Below, in pieces: positions 35,031 to 48,479 of a stretch of 64,000 nt of DNA (position 1 is its first letter; each line of letters starts with the position of its first letter). The position numbers and the translations under genes are program-made. The notes beneath the pieces were generated by a model. The model was not told where the DNA came from and searched no databases. It saw only the letters and a list, made by a program, of their open reading frames with translations. The DNA comes from Selaginella moellendorffii (lineage: Eukaryota; Plantae; Lycopodiophyta): NCBI RefSeq assembly GCF_000143415.4, contig NW_003314449.1, positions 33,326 through 97,325 on the forward strand. Direction: 5' to 3'.

Positions 35031-35666
35031 TTTATTCAGTAAAATGGGACTAGGTACAAATTTTCAAGTATTTGAAAATGACGTGAAATTATATGTTTTT
35101 TGTCCAGGGGCTAGACATATCTGGGGCATGGTGACTAGCGCGGTGACTTTGTGTCCAGACTGAGTCCATCTGGTTGTATAATAAATCTCATTGTCAAGGT
35201 GAACAAGCCGAATCTGAAGCTAAAGAAGAGCGATGGCATGCGCGCACACACTATTTGTTTGTTCATTGAGCGTGTGGTGAGCTTTCCAAGATGAACGTCA
35301 TTCCTATTATCCAGACATATAACTTAATGGTGAGAACATTTAGATATTATTCAATGTTATCTTTTTCTAACGAATCTAATTGTGAAGGTGTAGCAAGAGG
35401 CATTGCTAGTCTGGAGAAGTCATTTAACTCATTTGACCCTTAGTGTATTTTCATGAAACTAAATAACATTCATATTATTAAGGAATTTCTCTAGTACCTT
35501 TTTTTTACGACATGGAGGCTTGCATTTCTTTCAAAGGTGATTTAGTAAAAGGCCTGAGGGCACATGCCATTCTATTTCTCAGACCGGTATTAAGATATAC
35601 TAGTGCAAAGGGAAAAAGGTATTTGGTGATCAAGTAAATGGCATGAGGGCATATGCCATTATAAGC

Positions 35667-35924
35667 CTAAGCGCTAGTGGACACCTCCTTTTTGGTACTC
35701 TCAGCGGTACTATCATCCTTCTCCAGGTCAGTTGTTTTGCTTTGGATTGTTGTCTCTGACGTTACTGGGGCGTTCTCAATAGTTGTTAATGTTGCCGTTT
35801 GTTCAGAAAAATGATCACCTAGAGTATAGTATGGGGAGTTTGGAAGACTTATATATTCTACATCTTCACCTATCTCCTTCTCCGTCTCCTTTTCTGCCTC
35901 ACTTACAGATTTTGTGCTTGCCAT
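35667..35924 (-). CDS. Small acidic Ser/Thr-rich ORF in the transposon arm, function unknown
   Basis: MASTKSVSEAEKETEKEIGEDVEYISLPNSPYY...; composition resembles a disordered protein; no recognisable domain. Confidence 0.3.
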   Translation of the reverse strand: MASTKSVSEAEKETEKEIGEDVEYISLPNSPYYTLGDHFSEQTATLTTIENAPVTSETTIQSKTTDLEKDDSTAESTKKEVSTSA

Positions 35925-36637
35925 GAGAACGCTCTTCACCCTAAAATATGGAGTTCGTTGTGTTATAAAAGGAAACCAACACACACGCTGCAAGGGAATG
36001 ATGGTACATAAAGCACGTAAGCCCACAATATGGGTTTATGTGCCATTAATATGGGCCACATGCCATATTATTAGATTTATGCACGTGTGATTGGTAAATG
36101 CATATGTCACATCATCTTTGTTTTACCTCAAACACTATATCAGGCCTAATGAACCATATCACATGTGCGCACATGCTATATATATGGAGAAGTATTATGC
36201 AAGGATAGAAAAATTCAATGCATGATTGTGGAGAGCAATGGCATGAAGCCACATGCTAAATAACATTTTAGAGAAAGAATTAAAATAGAAACATGCAAAC
36301 AGTACTGAGTGGACCAAGAGTTAGAAGTGCACAATTGAATGAGGTATTTCTAATAAATATTTCACTCACCTCATATAGGAATGGCTACCACTCTCAAATG
36401 GCGTATCGCCTCATGCCATCACCTCGCAATTTGTTATAACAATCCGATGAATTCATATTCGGCTTGTTCACCTTGAACTTTAAGTAAGATTTGCTAGAAC
36501 AACTAAGAATTTATACTTGTTATTTGTATCATCTCACCTAGGAATGGCGTAAGGCCACATGCCATCACGCCTCCTCTGATTCAGATTCGGATTGTTCACC
36601 TTGAAATAAAATACATTAGAAACTTAGTAAAGGAATA

Positions 36638-37247
36638 TTAATGAATCTCACCTTGAACCCGGGTTATGAATGCTCTTGCTGCATCTCTTGCATGGTCTGG
36701 CAAGGTGATGGTGGCACTCTGCTTCCGCATCTAACCATGCACAACATTATCCACCGATATGCTCATGCTGGGATCCCTTGGATTCAGCACCCATCTCTTT
36801 TCTAGGCAATCCTTCGTATATCCGGAACTTGGCTTGAACCACTCCACAGGTACATTGAAGGAGTTAGTTTCCGCATCCTCCTCTGCATCAGTGATGCAGC
36901 ACCCCACCCATATCATTTGTTTCTTATTACTGGGTCTGACAAGCACGACCATTCCTTTGCAGACTTGTACTGGATTGAATGCTGAATCCGGATTCTTGTT
37001 CCTCGGCCCACAATAGTGATCCTCAACATCGTTATCTGTCACTGCATTTCCAGAGGACATTGTTTCGCTACTATCTGGTGCTCTGGGTTCTGGCCAAAAG
37101 GACTCTTCCAATTCTTCATATACAACCGGCCCATTTTGGATAGCAGATATAATCTTCTCCCAGTATTCGAGCAAAGGCTTGCACCTCTTAAAATAGGATT
37201 CTCCACCAAACACCAAACCCCTCTTCCAGAAGGCAATATGCTGTCTA
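36638..37247 (-). pseudogene. Transposase 3' end, copy 3
   Basis: Matches the C-terminal 200 aa of the copy 1 ORF; TGG>TAG at 36731. Confidence 0.9.
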
Positions 37248-39560
37248 TGTAAGCCACAAATTTTTCCTTTCCAATTTGCCAGCTTACCTCGTCTATCCGA
37301 CCAACTTTGCCTTGGCTTGTGCTAAGTTCCCTCGCCAAGGTTCCCGCCTATGGTACCAGCTCCTACTTGGTCCTACTTGGTTCCAGCTACTTACTGCACG
37401 AGCAACGGAGTGTTAGCCACCATCTACGGATTCCCAAATCTCTCCCAATCCCCCTCCCCGGGTTAGACTGGACTTAAGGTTCGGCTACACTCCCCGCAGG
37501 CACAAACAGCCAAGCACACCAAGCCTCCAGATTCCTAACACCCCTTGGTACCACAAGACTTGATCATGGGACCCTCTAAATCCCAAGTCTTGGGTGCAGC
37601 ACTTGCTTCGGGACGTCGGGGCGAAACACCGTGGCCTAACGGCCCGGTATGGGTACCTCTACCCCCCCCACTTCCATCCCGAAGGGAAGGCCCAAGCCCC
37701 TAGGAAGGGCGAGGACCAATGAGCCACAAGGTACTCAAGTGGGGCACCACTCCACCTGAGCCGGGAGCACCGCAGTCGGTTTCCCTTTTGGGAGTGGGAG
37801 CTGCTCTTGAGCACTTCCCTGGGTGGCCCCTCCGGGACCACTCAGGCCCATGCTCACTCCCACCCAAGGCCCCTCGGCCCCAGTCTCAACCTCAAGTCAG
37901 TTTGGAAGCACCACTGGAGAGTTCCTTCAAGACTGGTTCCTGGACCTCACTATCCCTACTATACTTTTGGAACCCCCTGCAGCCCCCCCCCCCTGGGAGA
38001 CGCACGCTTTGGGCTTTCACCCCTTGACCCGTATTAGTATTTGGACTTAGTCTCTGGCTCGATCTCGGACCCGAATTCAGATCCGACTTCAGATTCGGTC
38101 TTAGACTCGATCTCGGACTCGATCTTAGAGCCGATCTCAGACCCGACCTCGGACTCAACCTCGGACTCGGTCTCGGACCCGATTTCGGATCTCGGACTCC
38201 GTCTCGAACTCGGTCTCGAACTCGGACTCAAACTCGGTCCCCGAGTCGGTCTCGGACTCGATTCCGGACTCTATCTCGAACTCGGTCCTAGAGTCGGTCT
38301 TGGACTCGATCCTCGACTTGGTCCCATCCGATGAACTCTTTGTCATTTCGGTCAAGCTTTTGGGGATCCTTTAGCTACGACATCTCGGGGAGTTGGTTCC
38401 TTACAACTCCACCACCCATAGAAGAAGTTCGATGCCCTCATCAAACGTCTCATTTTTATCCTACGACTTGTTGACCATGTCCCCGAGGGCATCCCCCCAC
38501 TTAGCGGTGTGCCTAAGTTAGCCTCCCCGGCCAAGAGCCCATGACAACGGAATATAGGTGTCCCTATACCCCTAACCTCACCACGCCCTAGTACGGGGTC
38601 AGGACTTGAACCCAGCCTTGCTTTACTAGGGGGTTGGGACTCGAACCCAACCTCCGTAGAATACGTCTACGGATTCGACATCCCCGCGGGGAGTCGGGCG
38701 TAGTGCCCTACGCCTGGTCGACCTATCCAACCCATGCTAATTAGCTTACCTTCGGTGTGCCTTCGGGTCCCAACATATGCCACTTGCTCAACTTTGCAAA
38801 TTGATATTTTTAATTGAATTTTGCATAAGTACATAGAGTTCTGCCTTGCAGAAATTCCTCCACTAGATCTCGCGCGTTCGCTAGGTTCTCCTCCGGTTCC
38901 CATGTTGCTTCGCAGTGTGGAAATCCTTTCCACTTCACATGGAACTCTCTCACCTCGCATCCTTGTCGCTTGCTCTTGCGCGCATTGAGGATGGCCTCGA
39001 CTTCGTATTCCTCTTCCCCTTGGATAACCTCAGGTAAAGGTCTCACTTGGTCCTTGCGAAGTGGATCCTCAAAGTACGGCTTGAGTAAGTTCACGTGGAA
39101 CACTGGGTGCATCTTCCCCATCTCTCGAGGAAGTCGGAGTCGGTAAGCCACTTTACCGATTCGTGCCTCAATCTCGTAAGGCCCCGCGAACTTGCTTAAG
39201 GAACTCAAGATCAATTCATTTACAGGAATACATGCATCTTTACCTTTGGGTCAACTTTCGGCTGATCCCACTTGGTAGTCTGAGGTTCTTGGTGTTCAGC
39301 CACACCTTCTCCCCAACTTGGAACTCTACATCCCGACGCTTCTGGTTCGCGTATTTGGTTTGCTTTTGTTGAGCCCGTTCCAAGGAATCCCTCACTAGAT
39401 TCCAAATGCTGAGTCTTTCTGCCGTGAATGCCTCCACTGCGGGCAACTCTCCATGATACTCGGCCACGCTGAGTTCCACAGGACCTTCAATAGCTCGCCC
39501 ATTGATGACTTCCCATGGACTCACCCCGATACTCGAATGTGGTGAGTTGTTATAACACAT
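37248..39560 (-). mobile_element. Family A chromovirus 3' half: integrase C-terminus, GPY motif, chromodomain, putative LTR about 37248-38546 with minisatellite
   Basis: YNNSPHSSIG, AGPYEI, HPVFHV, EYEVEAIL..VKWKGF..TWEP; minus-strand end ...GCTTACA abuts transposon copy 3. Confidence 0.85.
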
Positions 39561-40731
39561 TTCTGCATGAAGGAGATCTTGACCACAGTCCTGTTCTCAT
39601 GATCCCAGATCTTGATAAACCCTTCGAAGTGCATTGTGATGCATCTGGCTATGCTGTTGGTGCCGTATTACAGCAAGATTGTGACAAAGCGGTTGGTGTT
39701 ACGTTAAGGCGACATAGTTGTCCCGTTGTGTTCTATTCAAAGAAATTAGATGAAACTTAACGAAGATGGCTAACACATGAGAAAGAGATGTTTGTTATAG
39801 TGTTGGCCCTGGAACACTAGAGACATTACTTGGGTAGACACACCATGGTTTATATAGATAGTAACACACTAAGCTCAGCCTAAGCTTATGCCAACGTAGG
39901 CTCGTTGGCAAGAGAAGCTTGCTAGATATGATATTGAAATCATATATAAACCTGGTAAAGACAATATTATTTCGGATGCATTAAGTCATCAGTCTCTATT
40001 CTGGGCAATATCGGCAATTAGTTCTGACTAATTGGAGGATGTTCGGGTTTCATATGGAAGTGATCTATTGGCAAAGACAATCTTGCACCGTGTGGAGTTG
40101 GCGAAGTAGAAACCTGGTAGCAAAGTGGCAAAAGTTGCTAGTCGAACCAACGCAAAGCTTCACTTCTCAATTCGGGATGGACTTATATTCTATAAGCAAG
40201 AAAGATTGTATCTTCCCTCTAAGGATCTACAACAGTTGTTTTTGTGGGAACATCATGATGTTTCGGCAGCAGGAGATGGTGGAAAGTGGAAGACTCTAGC
40301 TTGTGGTTTGGCTATCTTCCCAGAACTTGAACATTAAGTGATCTTTATCACGGAAGCTATTATCGAGATATGTTGGACCCTATCGGGTGTTGAAACAAAT
40401 TAGTGATGTATCCTATTAGTTGGATCTTCCTGTAGAGATGTCTAATGTTCATAATGTATTTCATGCCAATCTATTAGCTCCTTACACTATAGATGTTGCA
40501 TGTCAAGGGGAGATTCATCCACTACTAGAAGTTGTGGATGGTGAACCTGAGTACGAAGTTGAAAGCATTCTATCATGTCGCCGAAAATTTGGTGGTCATT
40601 CCAAGGAATACTTAGTTAAGTGTAAAGGTTACCCGATTTGTGAATCAACTTGGGAACCTCTTAGTAATCTTACACATACTCGTGAGCTTGTCAGGGTGTA
40701 TGAGAATAATAATAAAGACTTGCTTTTGTAA
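39561..40731 (+). pseudogene. Gypsy RNase H, integrase remnants and chromodomain of another family
   Basis: FEVHCDASG, HNVFH, EYEVESIL..STWEP. Confidence 0.8.
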
Positions 40732-40809
40732 ATCTTGTAATAAATCATGCAAATCAATAAAGTAATATATTTCTATAAATCAGAGTTTAGTCTCTCTGCC
40801 CTTGACTAC

Positions 40810-41970
40810 TTACTTTGGCCGTTCAGCAAAAAGCCAACGTGGATCCTTCTCCCATGGTCTTGAAGTATTGAGCCTAGGCTGGATTGCCAATAAACTTTGC
40901 CTGAACATGAGTCTCCAAAGTTGGTAACCTAGTTGAAGGCCCATAAGAAGGATTTTGTACCATAGTGCCTTTACCATGTCGCTTGGATCAATAACTCCAA
41001 GTCCTCCTAAGACTCGTGGATATGTTGTGGATTGCCATGTGACCTTGGCCATGATCCTCCCTGTGACAAGCATGCCCCACCACACATACTTACGAACTAT
41101 CATGCGTACCTTTCTGAGAGTGCATTAAAAAACATGGCATATTGAGAGGTGGTACCAAATGCTAAGTAGGATGATGCTCCTGCTTACAACCACTCTTGCT
41201 AGAAAATTGATTTTCTGAGGAGCTCACTTCTGGATTGACATTCATATCTTTTGGAGCAAGGTGTCATCCTGAAGTGCTGCACTAAATTGGGTATGAACCT
41301 GAATCCCTAAGTACCTAGTGTCCTCTCCTGGTTTGAGTCACTAAAAGTTGATGTCTAGGCCCCAAAACTTGATGCGTGGCTGCCCCCAATTGATGCCCAC
41401 TGATTTTGTTCTAGATTGCTGCGCTAGCTGCGAGGTTGAAAGTCTCCAGCACCTTCTTAGCTGCGTCTAGGTTCTCCTTTGTTACAAGTAGGAACAAGGC
41501 CATGTCATCTGCAAATGCTCCATTTAGGAGTTCTCAAGTCACCCTTGCCATTTCTGGGAGTTAAGTTGGCAGAGTGAGTCCTTTGATGCACCCACCTTCC
41601 GCTAGAAACGTGCCTAGGGCCTCAGCCACAATCAGAAAAAGATAGGGCACCAGCGGACGCCCTTGGCATATTGAGCGTCCTAGCTAAAAACTTGGTCTCG
41701 TCTCACCATTGATTGTGACTCTACTTGTAGCTCCATAGTATAGTAATGAGATCCTAGCAACCATCTCTCTTGGGATGCCAATCGTGTGCATACACTCCTC
41801 AAGGAACCTCCAATCCACACAATTATATGCCTTCTTGAAGTCCAATAGCCATACTGCAGTTTGTTGGTCAGAGACCTCTGGCCACCTCTAAACCAGCAGG
41901 TATGTCTAGATATTTTCTACAATTTGCCACCCTAGAACGAAAGCTATTTGTTGTTCCTAGATGATCAATG
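40810..41970 (-). pseudogene. L1-like LINE ORF2 reverse transcriptase fragment
   Basis: Minus strand reads LDFKKAY..VDWRFL, QGRPLVPYLF, FADDMALF, YLG, GGLGV. Confidence 0.8.
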
Positions 41971-42720
41971 TGTGAGACACAAATCCCAGAGCCCCAAAAA
42001 GTGGAGCCGAAAGGGTGCCATGTGGTAGTGGCCGAAGAAGAAGCCAAACGGGAGTAACACATTTGGATTAAAAGCTCCGATCTGGACAATTGAGAGTGGG
42101 AGTGGAATTCTTAACGAAGCACTTGAGGAATGAGCACAAAGCAAGTAGTAAGTGAGTCTTTAGAAAAGGAGACACAAGAGGACCAATACATGACACGTGG
42201 AGAACTCCGAGATGGACCCAAGATGGAGTCTGAGATGAACTCGAGATGGAGTCCGAGATGGACTCAAGATAGAGTCTGAGATGGACCTGAGATGGATTCT
42301 GAGATGGAGCCGAGATGGAGTTTGAGGTGGAGTCCGAGATGGAACTAAGACTGAGACTGAGATTGAGATTGAGACTAAGACCGAGACCAAGTTTGAGTCC
42401 AAATACTAATATAGGCTGTTGGGTGAAAGCCCAAAGTGATCGTCCCTGGGGGGGGGGGGGGAGGGGGTGGGGGGGCTATAAGGGGTTCCAAAAGTATAGT
42501 AAGGAGAGTATGGGGGTTGAACCCCAGTGGAGCTAGTTTAGCCAGGAAAGGCCAGTTTGGACCAAGAAGGTTGTACATAGGAGTTGGGTGATGAGATAAC
42601 CACTAGGAAGTCCAAGGCTAAAGTGAATACAAATCGACATGTGAGGTAACTTGGTGAAGTGTTCAAGAGCAAGCTCTAATTCCCCCGGGAGATCGAATGA
42701 TCGATGCTCCTAATCCAAGC
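41971..42720 (+). mobile_element. Truncated LTR of the same family as 22682-24508
   Basis: Starts TGTGAGACAC, colinear with about 22682-23790, with a shorter minisatellite. Confidence 0.8.
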
Positions 42721-44241
42721 ATAAGTGCTTTGTCCTTTGTCCTCCTATTTTGGGCTCTTCGTATTTGGTAACCGTTGGCAACTGCTGGTGGTAATTGCTC
42801 CTCTAACCGCCTCAGTAATCGGTTCTGTGTTCAAGTCTGCTCCCGCGGTAGGATAATTTGTCCTGTCAAGACAATCCACCTACTAGGTGGATGATTGTCG
42901 GGTTGTAGATTCGTCTGTTAGGTAGGATACTCTACCTCCTGGTACTTAGCGAGATTTGTTGGTTCACTGGTTGGCTTTGGGCATCTCATTCCGCTGGGAT
43001 GATTTCTCCTTCATCAGTCACGTCCTGCCATGTCAGCATCTCCTGCCACATCAGCGTGTCTTGCCACGGCAATGGTTCCACCACATCAGCAAGTCAACAC
43101 ATCTCGCCTCCAAGTCAACACATCTCGCCACATCAGCATGTCCCACCACGTCAGCTGCGACCAAAATGTATGTACCATGAAGATTCCTACAAGCAGCAAG
43201 ACAATGAAGCGTTTCTTGAAGGATATGGGATTTCCAGATCTAGAGAGGTAATTGAGTTGAAGTTCTTTGTGATTGAATGCTGGTGCTGAATTGTGGTCGT
43301 TGTTTTGAAGGCAAACTGTTTGTATGCATCCTGGGGCTGATAAACCACATATTTTTCCAGCAGTTGCAGATGATCCTGTGCTTACAAACAGTGAGATATG
43401 TCCAATCTGCAAGAAGTACAGATGGGAAGCCGTGCAATTCTTGCTAGCTCCAATAAATGATCGTCTTTGAGAACTAGTTGCATCAAAGACATTGTGCAGT
43501 CATTTCTTGAAGGCTTGGAGAGAACGAGAGACATGGTTGGGAAAGAGCTTTGCTGACGCTCTGGCCTGTCTGCACGAAATTTGGCATGGTTGTAAATAGC
43601 GTCAGTTCCAGAACTTTTTCAGGCCCGACAGAAGTTTCACGCTCCCTGCTACTTGTTCTTGCGGGCAGTATATTAGCAGTTGGCCGGCTGAGCACTCCTC
43701 GTTGGAAGGAAAGATAAGCATTTTATTTCTGGAATGACAAGTACATAATTCAGCTTATGCAGCTTGAAAACTTTCATGGTGTCTTCTGCTTGATATGTCC
43801 GTTCTGCAATACCAGTGTCGACTGGAAACCCATACGTGTAGCTGGAGTTCCAAGGAACTTCGTTTTTCTTCTGCATAGCCATGGTTTCCAGGCAACAATG
43901 GAGTGTTCAAGCTTATAGCCTCGTAGCTTTGAACGGAGAAGAAGACACTAGCGCAGAATGCGGGAACATGGTGCTCCCGATGATGTTTGTTCCGACATAA
44001 TTTCTTGGAATAGGAGTGGGGGAAACCTTCGACATCTTTGTAGAGATCATCGTACAACAGCTCATGATACTGTTTCTGGCCGGGATAGAAGTAGATTGGC
44101 CAGCCAGGGAAGAACTTACTGGTGTTGTAGCAGACTCCAAGCCTGTGCTTCAGGGACTTGTGATTGTTTCAGCGGACCTTGTAGCGCAATGCGAGCTAGC
44201 AAATACTTCACGAGGTGATTTTCTATAAACTCCTGCTTCCG

Positions 44242-46167
44242 TGTTAGGCACCAGGTCAGGATAATAGGATAAGGAAAGGGCCCTACAATCAAGTGATCAC
44301 CCCTTTAGCCAGTTGGCTTAGGGTGTAAGGGATAGGATCCTAACATTGGTATCAGAGACAGGTTCGATTCTCGTGGCTGACAAGTGGGGCAGGAATATTC
44401 TGAAGGAATATTCAACATGGTGGATCTAGAGGGAGAACCAAGGTTTGGTAGACCCTAAGAGAAGGACCATGGTGACCGGATGGTGGCTTAAGTATGATCA
44501 CGGACGATCAGACGCAACTTTTATTGGAGGAATATGAAGGCTGATATCCTCAAGTATTGTAAATCATGCGAGCTTTGTCAGCGGGTTAAGGTGCCATGGG
44601 AGAAGCTGGGGGGACTTTTGCAACCTTTACCTATTCCTCATAGCCGTTGGTGTAATATCTCTATGGACTTCATCACTTGTTTGCCACGAACACAGAGGCA
44701 AAAGGAGCAAGTATGGGTCATAGTGGATCGGTTGACGAAGTATGTGCGGTTGTTGGCTCTTCGGAAGACTGTCACTGCCTCAGACTTGGCTGCGGTTTAC
44801 TTGGAGAAGGTTTTTCCTGATTTTGGTTTGCCGGAGGACATCATTAGTGATCGAGATTCAAAGTTCACTAGTGGATTTTGGAAAAGCTTTGCAAAGGCTA
44901 TGCAAGTGACTTTGAAACTCTCGAGTGGAGATCATCCTCAGACGGATGGGCAAACTGAGTGTGTGAATCAGGTGGTGGAGGATATGCTACGTTGTAGCAT
45001 TGGTCAAAGGCAAGGATAGTGGGATTTATATCTTCCGTTGGTGCAATTTTCTTACAACAATAGCCAACACAGTGGAACCAAGCTAAGTCCTTACTTTGCC
45101 ATGTTTGGAAGGCATCCTCGAACAGCGGTGGAGTTGGGATTGCATTTGAGTAAGGACGTTCAAGATAAGCTTGATTCCGAGGCAACTGATCTGGCCACAG
45201 AACTTGATGAGATTCTGGTGGTGTGCAAACGGAATTTGCAAGCAGCTCAGGATAGAGCGGAGAAGTTTGCCAATGAGCATCGCCAATTCCGGGAATATAA
45301 GGTGGGTGATCTCGTCTTTGTGCGAGTGATCTTTCCGTCAAGTGAGCGGCGGAACACCTTGGTGCCTTTACGGACAGGGAAGAGTGATAAACTTTCCCAT
45401 CGATATACTGGTCCATATGAAGTGCTGGAGCACATTGGTAAAGCGGCTTATCGAGTGCGGCTGCCAGTTGGGGTGAAAATTCATCCGGTATTTTATGTCA
45501 GCCAGTTGAAAGGTGTACTATCTCGGAGTGACGGGCCCAATGCCTCCTTGATGTATATGGCTGTGGAAGATGGACCAGGAGCTTGAGCAGGATTCCCCAG
45601 AAAGGGTGATCACCGGTACAACTCGTCCTTGGGACAAGGACTTTGTTGGGGGGGAAGAATTGTTAGGCGCCAGCTTTGACTACGTGGTCAATGTCGGTCA
45701 AAGGGAGGCTCAAGGGTATATTAAGGCATGTTAGGGTAAGGGACAAAACCTACCCTAGGGCTCACAGTGGAGCTTTTGAGGTAGCTCGGGGGTGGTTGGG
45801 TGGTGAGGAACCTCAAGAGGTGGCGTAGCATAGTCTAGGGCAACTAGATCTTTGTCTTTTTGCGCCGGATCATAACATTGGTATCAGAGCCCAGTTCGAT
45901 TCTCGTGGCTGACGAGTGGGGCAGGAATATTCTGAAGGAATATTCAACATGGTGGATCTAGAGGGAGAACCAAGGTTTGGTAGACCCTAAGAGAAGGACC
46001 ATGGTGACCGGATGGTGGCTTAAGTATGATCGCGGACGATCATTCCCTGACGAGGGGGAGGATTGTTAGGCACCAGGTCAGGATAATAGGATAAGGAAAG
46101 GGCCCTACAATCAAGTGATCACCCCTTTAGCCAGTTGGCTTAGGGTGTAAGGGTTAGGATCCTAACA
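44242..46167 (+). mobile_element. Chimeric TRIM-like LTR element with 104-bp LTRs and TSD TTCCG
   Basis: LTRs 44242-44345 and 46064-46167 differ at one base. PBS TGGTATCAGAG, PPT GAGGGGGAGGA, TTCCG on both sides. Confidence 0.9.
44510..45586 (+). pseudogene. Gypsy integrase core and GPY fragment inside the TRIM
   Basis: CELCQ, MDFITCLP, SDRD, HPQTDGQTE, YTGPY, HPVF; one internal stop at 45017. Confidence 0.85.
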
Positions 46168-48479
46168 TTCCGCTTGCTAACAAATGAATGTGCAGGAGGC
46201 CATCAGCCCTGTCGTCATTGCAAAGTGAACACAACTTTGTCAAGAGGTATGTTTGTAGATGTACGTAAAAATATTCGTTTCCCCGACAAGAAGAGATCAA
46301 TGGAAGAATTGTATGCTGGGCTGCAAAATGGTGGCGACCAAAGTTTCTGGCTAAGGGACACTCGAGACTATCACCTTAGGCAGAAGTGCAGGGATTTGAT
46401 ATATTACAGGACTGCACGATAAATATGATGCACGCTTGGGCACTTGGTGTGTGGAAGAAGATAAACAAGGCCACATTTGTGGACGAAGCAGATCCAAGAG
46501 AAAGAGGAGTCAAGAAAAGTCTTGCATGGAACAGGTTGCAATGTCTATTGATGCACCGGACACACACAATGAAGCTCTCCAGAAACTTGGACAATCCTTT
46601 CAAGCGTTTTGGTTATATGAAGGCCCAGGAACACCAGACCTTTGTGCAGTAGTATACTGGCTACATTCATAACGACCTTCTTCCGGAGAAGTTGCAGACA
46701 AGATATCACGAGAGTTTTTTATGATTTCAGTGAGTGCAAAGGTTGGACAGTGACAACTCTCGGGCTCATGAAGCAGAATCTGTCAGTCTGGCACATCCGG
46801 AGTGCTGAAATTTTTGGTCCATCTTAGAGTGTCCTGGAGCACATATGACTTGGACAACATATACCGTTTCGGCCACCACTATGTGCTCTGGTGCTACCGA
46901 TTCGAGCGCATGACTTCGTTTCTAAACAAGTTCCACACCAACAGCAAAAGGTCACATTTTCACGTATGATCAATCGTGTTACTTTTCTGAAGTTGATGCG
47001 GTTGAGATATCTGGAGAAGGATGGAGTTTCAGCAAGGAGCCGGATGGAAGATCTGCTAACGGAAGCTACAGGATATAATGGAGGTAGAGGTAACTACTGC
47101 TGCATTGCATGTTTGTAATCACCAGTAATTTGTTTTGCTCACCAGGTTACTTTGCTGTGACCACACAGGAAGCAGTACGGAAATTGTGAACGAGCGGAAG
47201 TGGCCAGGAAGTAACAGAGTATCCGCAGTTGCTGGTGGATGGTGTGATATACAGGAAGGGCGATAACGACAATCCAGAGAGGGAAGTGGACTGGGTGGGA
47301 TGTTTTTATCATGCATTTTCTGGGAAGACTTCGTTTGGGGGTGAAGGTCTACTTTGCAGCTTTCTATTACAAAGCTCATTTCTTGATGTTTGGTAAACCA
47401 GTGGTTGATGAAGACACAGGTTCTCTGATCCTCGACTCTGCTATGGAAACATTTGAAGAGCATAGCATATAACCAGCTGCCTCTCTGAGACGTGAAGTTT
47501 GTGTTGCTCCTGTTCGTGATGGTCTGAAACATGGGCAGAACGTGGCTCTGGAGACGTGGACGTTAAAGTATCCCTTGTGTCTTCTAGACAAGGATACACT
47601 GCTCCGGTCTCAGTTTTTCCAGTTGTGGACAATGTTGTGCAAATGGAGTTGACAGGGGAGGTCGGGGGTGAATAGTTTGCAGTCATTAGAGCTGTACATG
47701 GGACGACATGGAAGTAACTTGGCTGAAAAACAATGGGAAAGTTTTGTACACTGATCACGCAGAAAAGTGGCCCCAGAACTGGGATAGCATCATGAAAATC
47801 ATGCGAGTTCAAAGTGTGGGATCTGGGAGAGACAAACGTTAAGTGATAGTAGAATGACCAAAACATGTTGCTTTGTCAACGAAACCAATGTTGCTTTCAA
47901 CTTAAACACTAGTGAAAATCAAAGTTTTATTTGGAAAAACGTAATGTTGTCTTTTGACAATTTGAGCATGGGCCCAAGAACGCAAGGATGGGGCTGGCAC
48001 AGTCTTTGAAGAAAACCAGCAGTTGAAATCTAGGGCTCACATTTTCATGACAAAAAAAAAGAAGAAGTAACAGTACCTTACCGAAAGACAACCTCTTTAA
48101 GGTACTCTTTGAAAATTAGCCAAAAATAGTGGTACTTTGTGGTGAAAGCACGATCTGAAAGTAACATTGAAATTTCACATCATACCTACATATGGTACCT
48201 TTTAGTTTGGGCGTGCTGTGAGTCACAACACTGCTCTTTCAGCACATCTTTCAGCCCAATTCAGCACACATCACCTGAACCCAGCACAATACGTGGAAGT
48301 TATGACAACAGATCTAAAGCTGAATTCTGTCACTGATTCTAAGCTTCACGCTATGGACTGCAACCACTGCAAGATCGAGCCGCAGCTGGGTTCAACGTTA
48401 GCTCAGCCACATGGCCAAACTGGTGCATGCCACGTGGCGCCATCAGCACACGTCAGGTAGGGTTTATTTAGGGTTAGGA

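Larger units (their letters stand above)
35009..37247. mobile_element. Large TIR DNA transposon, copy 3: transposase-side arm with TIR, truncated by an LTR element
   Basis: Starts with GCTCTATTTCGTTAAAGTGGGA. 36597-37247 matches window 1-651. Carries about 8 palindromes. Confidence 0.85.
43178..47530 (+). pseudogene. Decayed CACTA/En-Spm (CMC)-like transposase, interrupted by an LTR element
   Basis: IPTSSKTMKRFL, CPICKKYR..PINDRL, GHQPCRHC, NMMH (DxMH-like), MKAQEHQTF; many stops. CCAC(A/G)TCAGC-type short repeats at about 43045-43160 and 48405-48456. Confidence 0.6.

Noticed and set aside
35009-37247. Copy 3 as the directly contiguous other half of copy 2
   Set aside because: Both TIRs point the same way, flanking bases differ (TGAA vs TTAA) and about 1.5 kb of transposase is missing between them. 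An inversion cannot be excluded, but an independent copy is simpler.
47907-47914. CACTAGTG as the 3' terminus of the CACTA-like element
   Set aside because: No matching 5' CACTA end or 3-bp TSD was found, so the boundary is left undefined.
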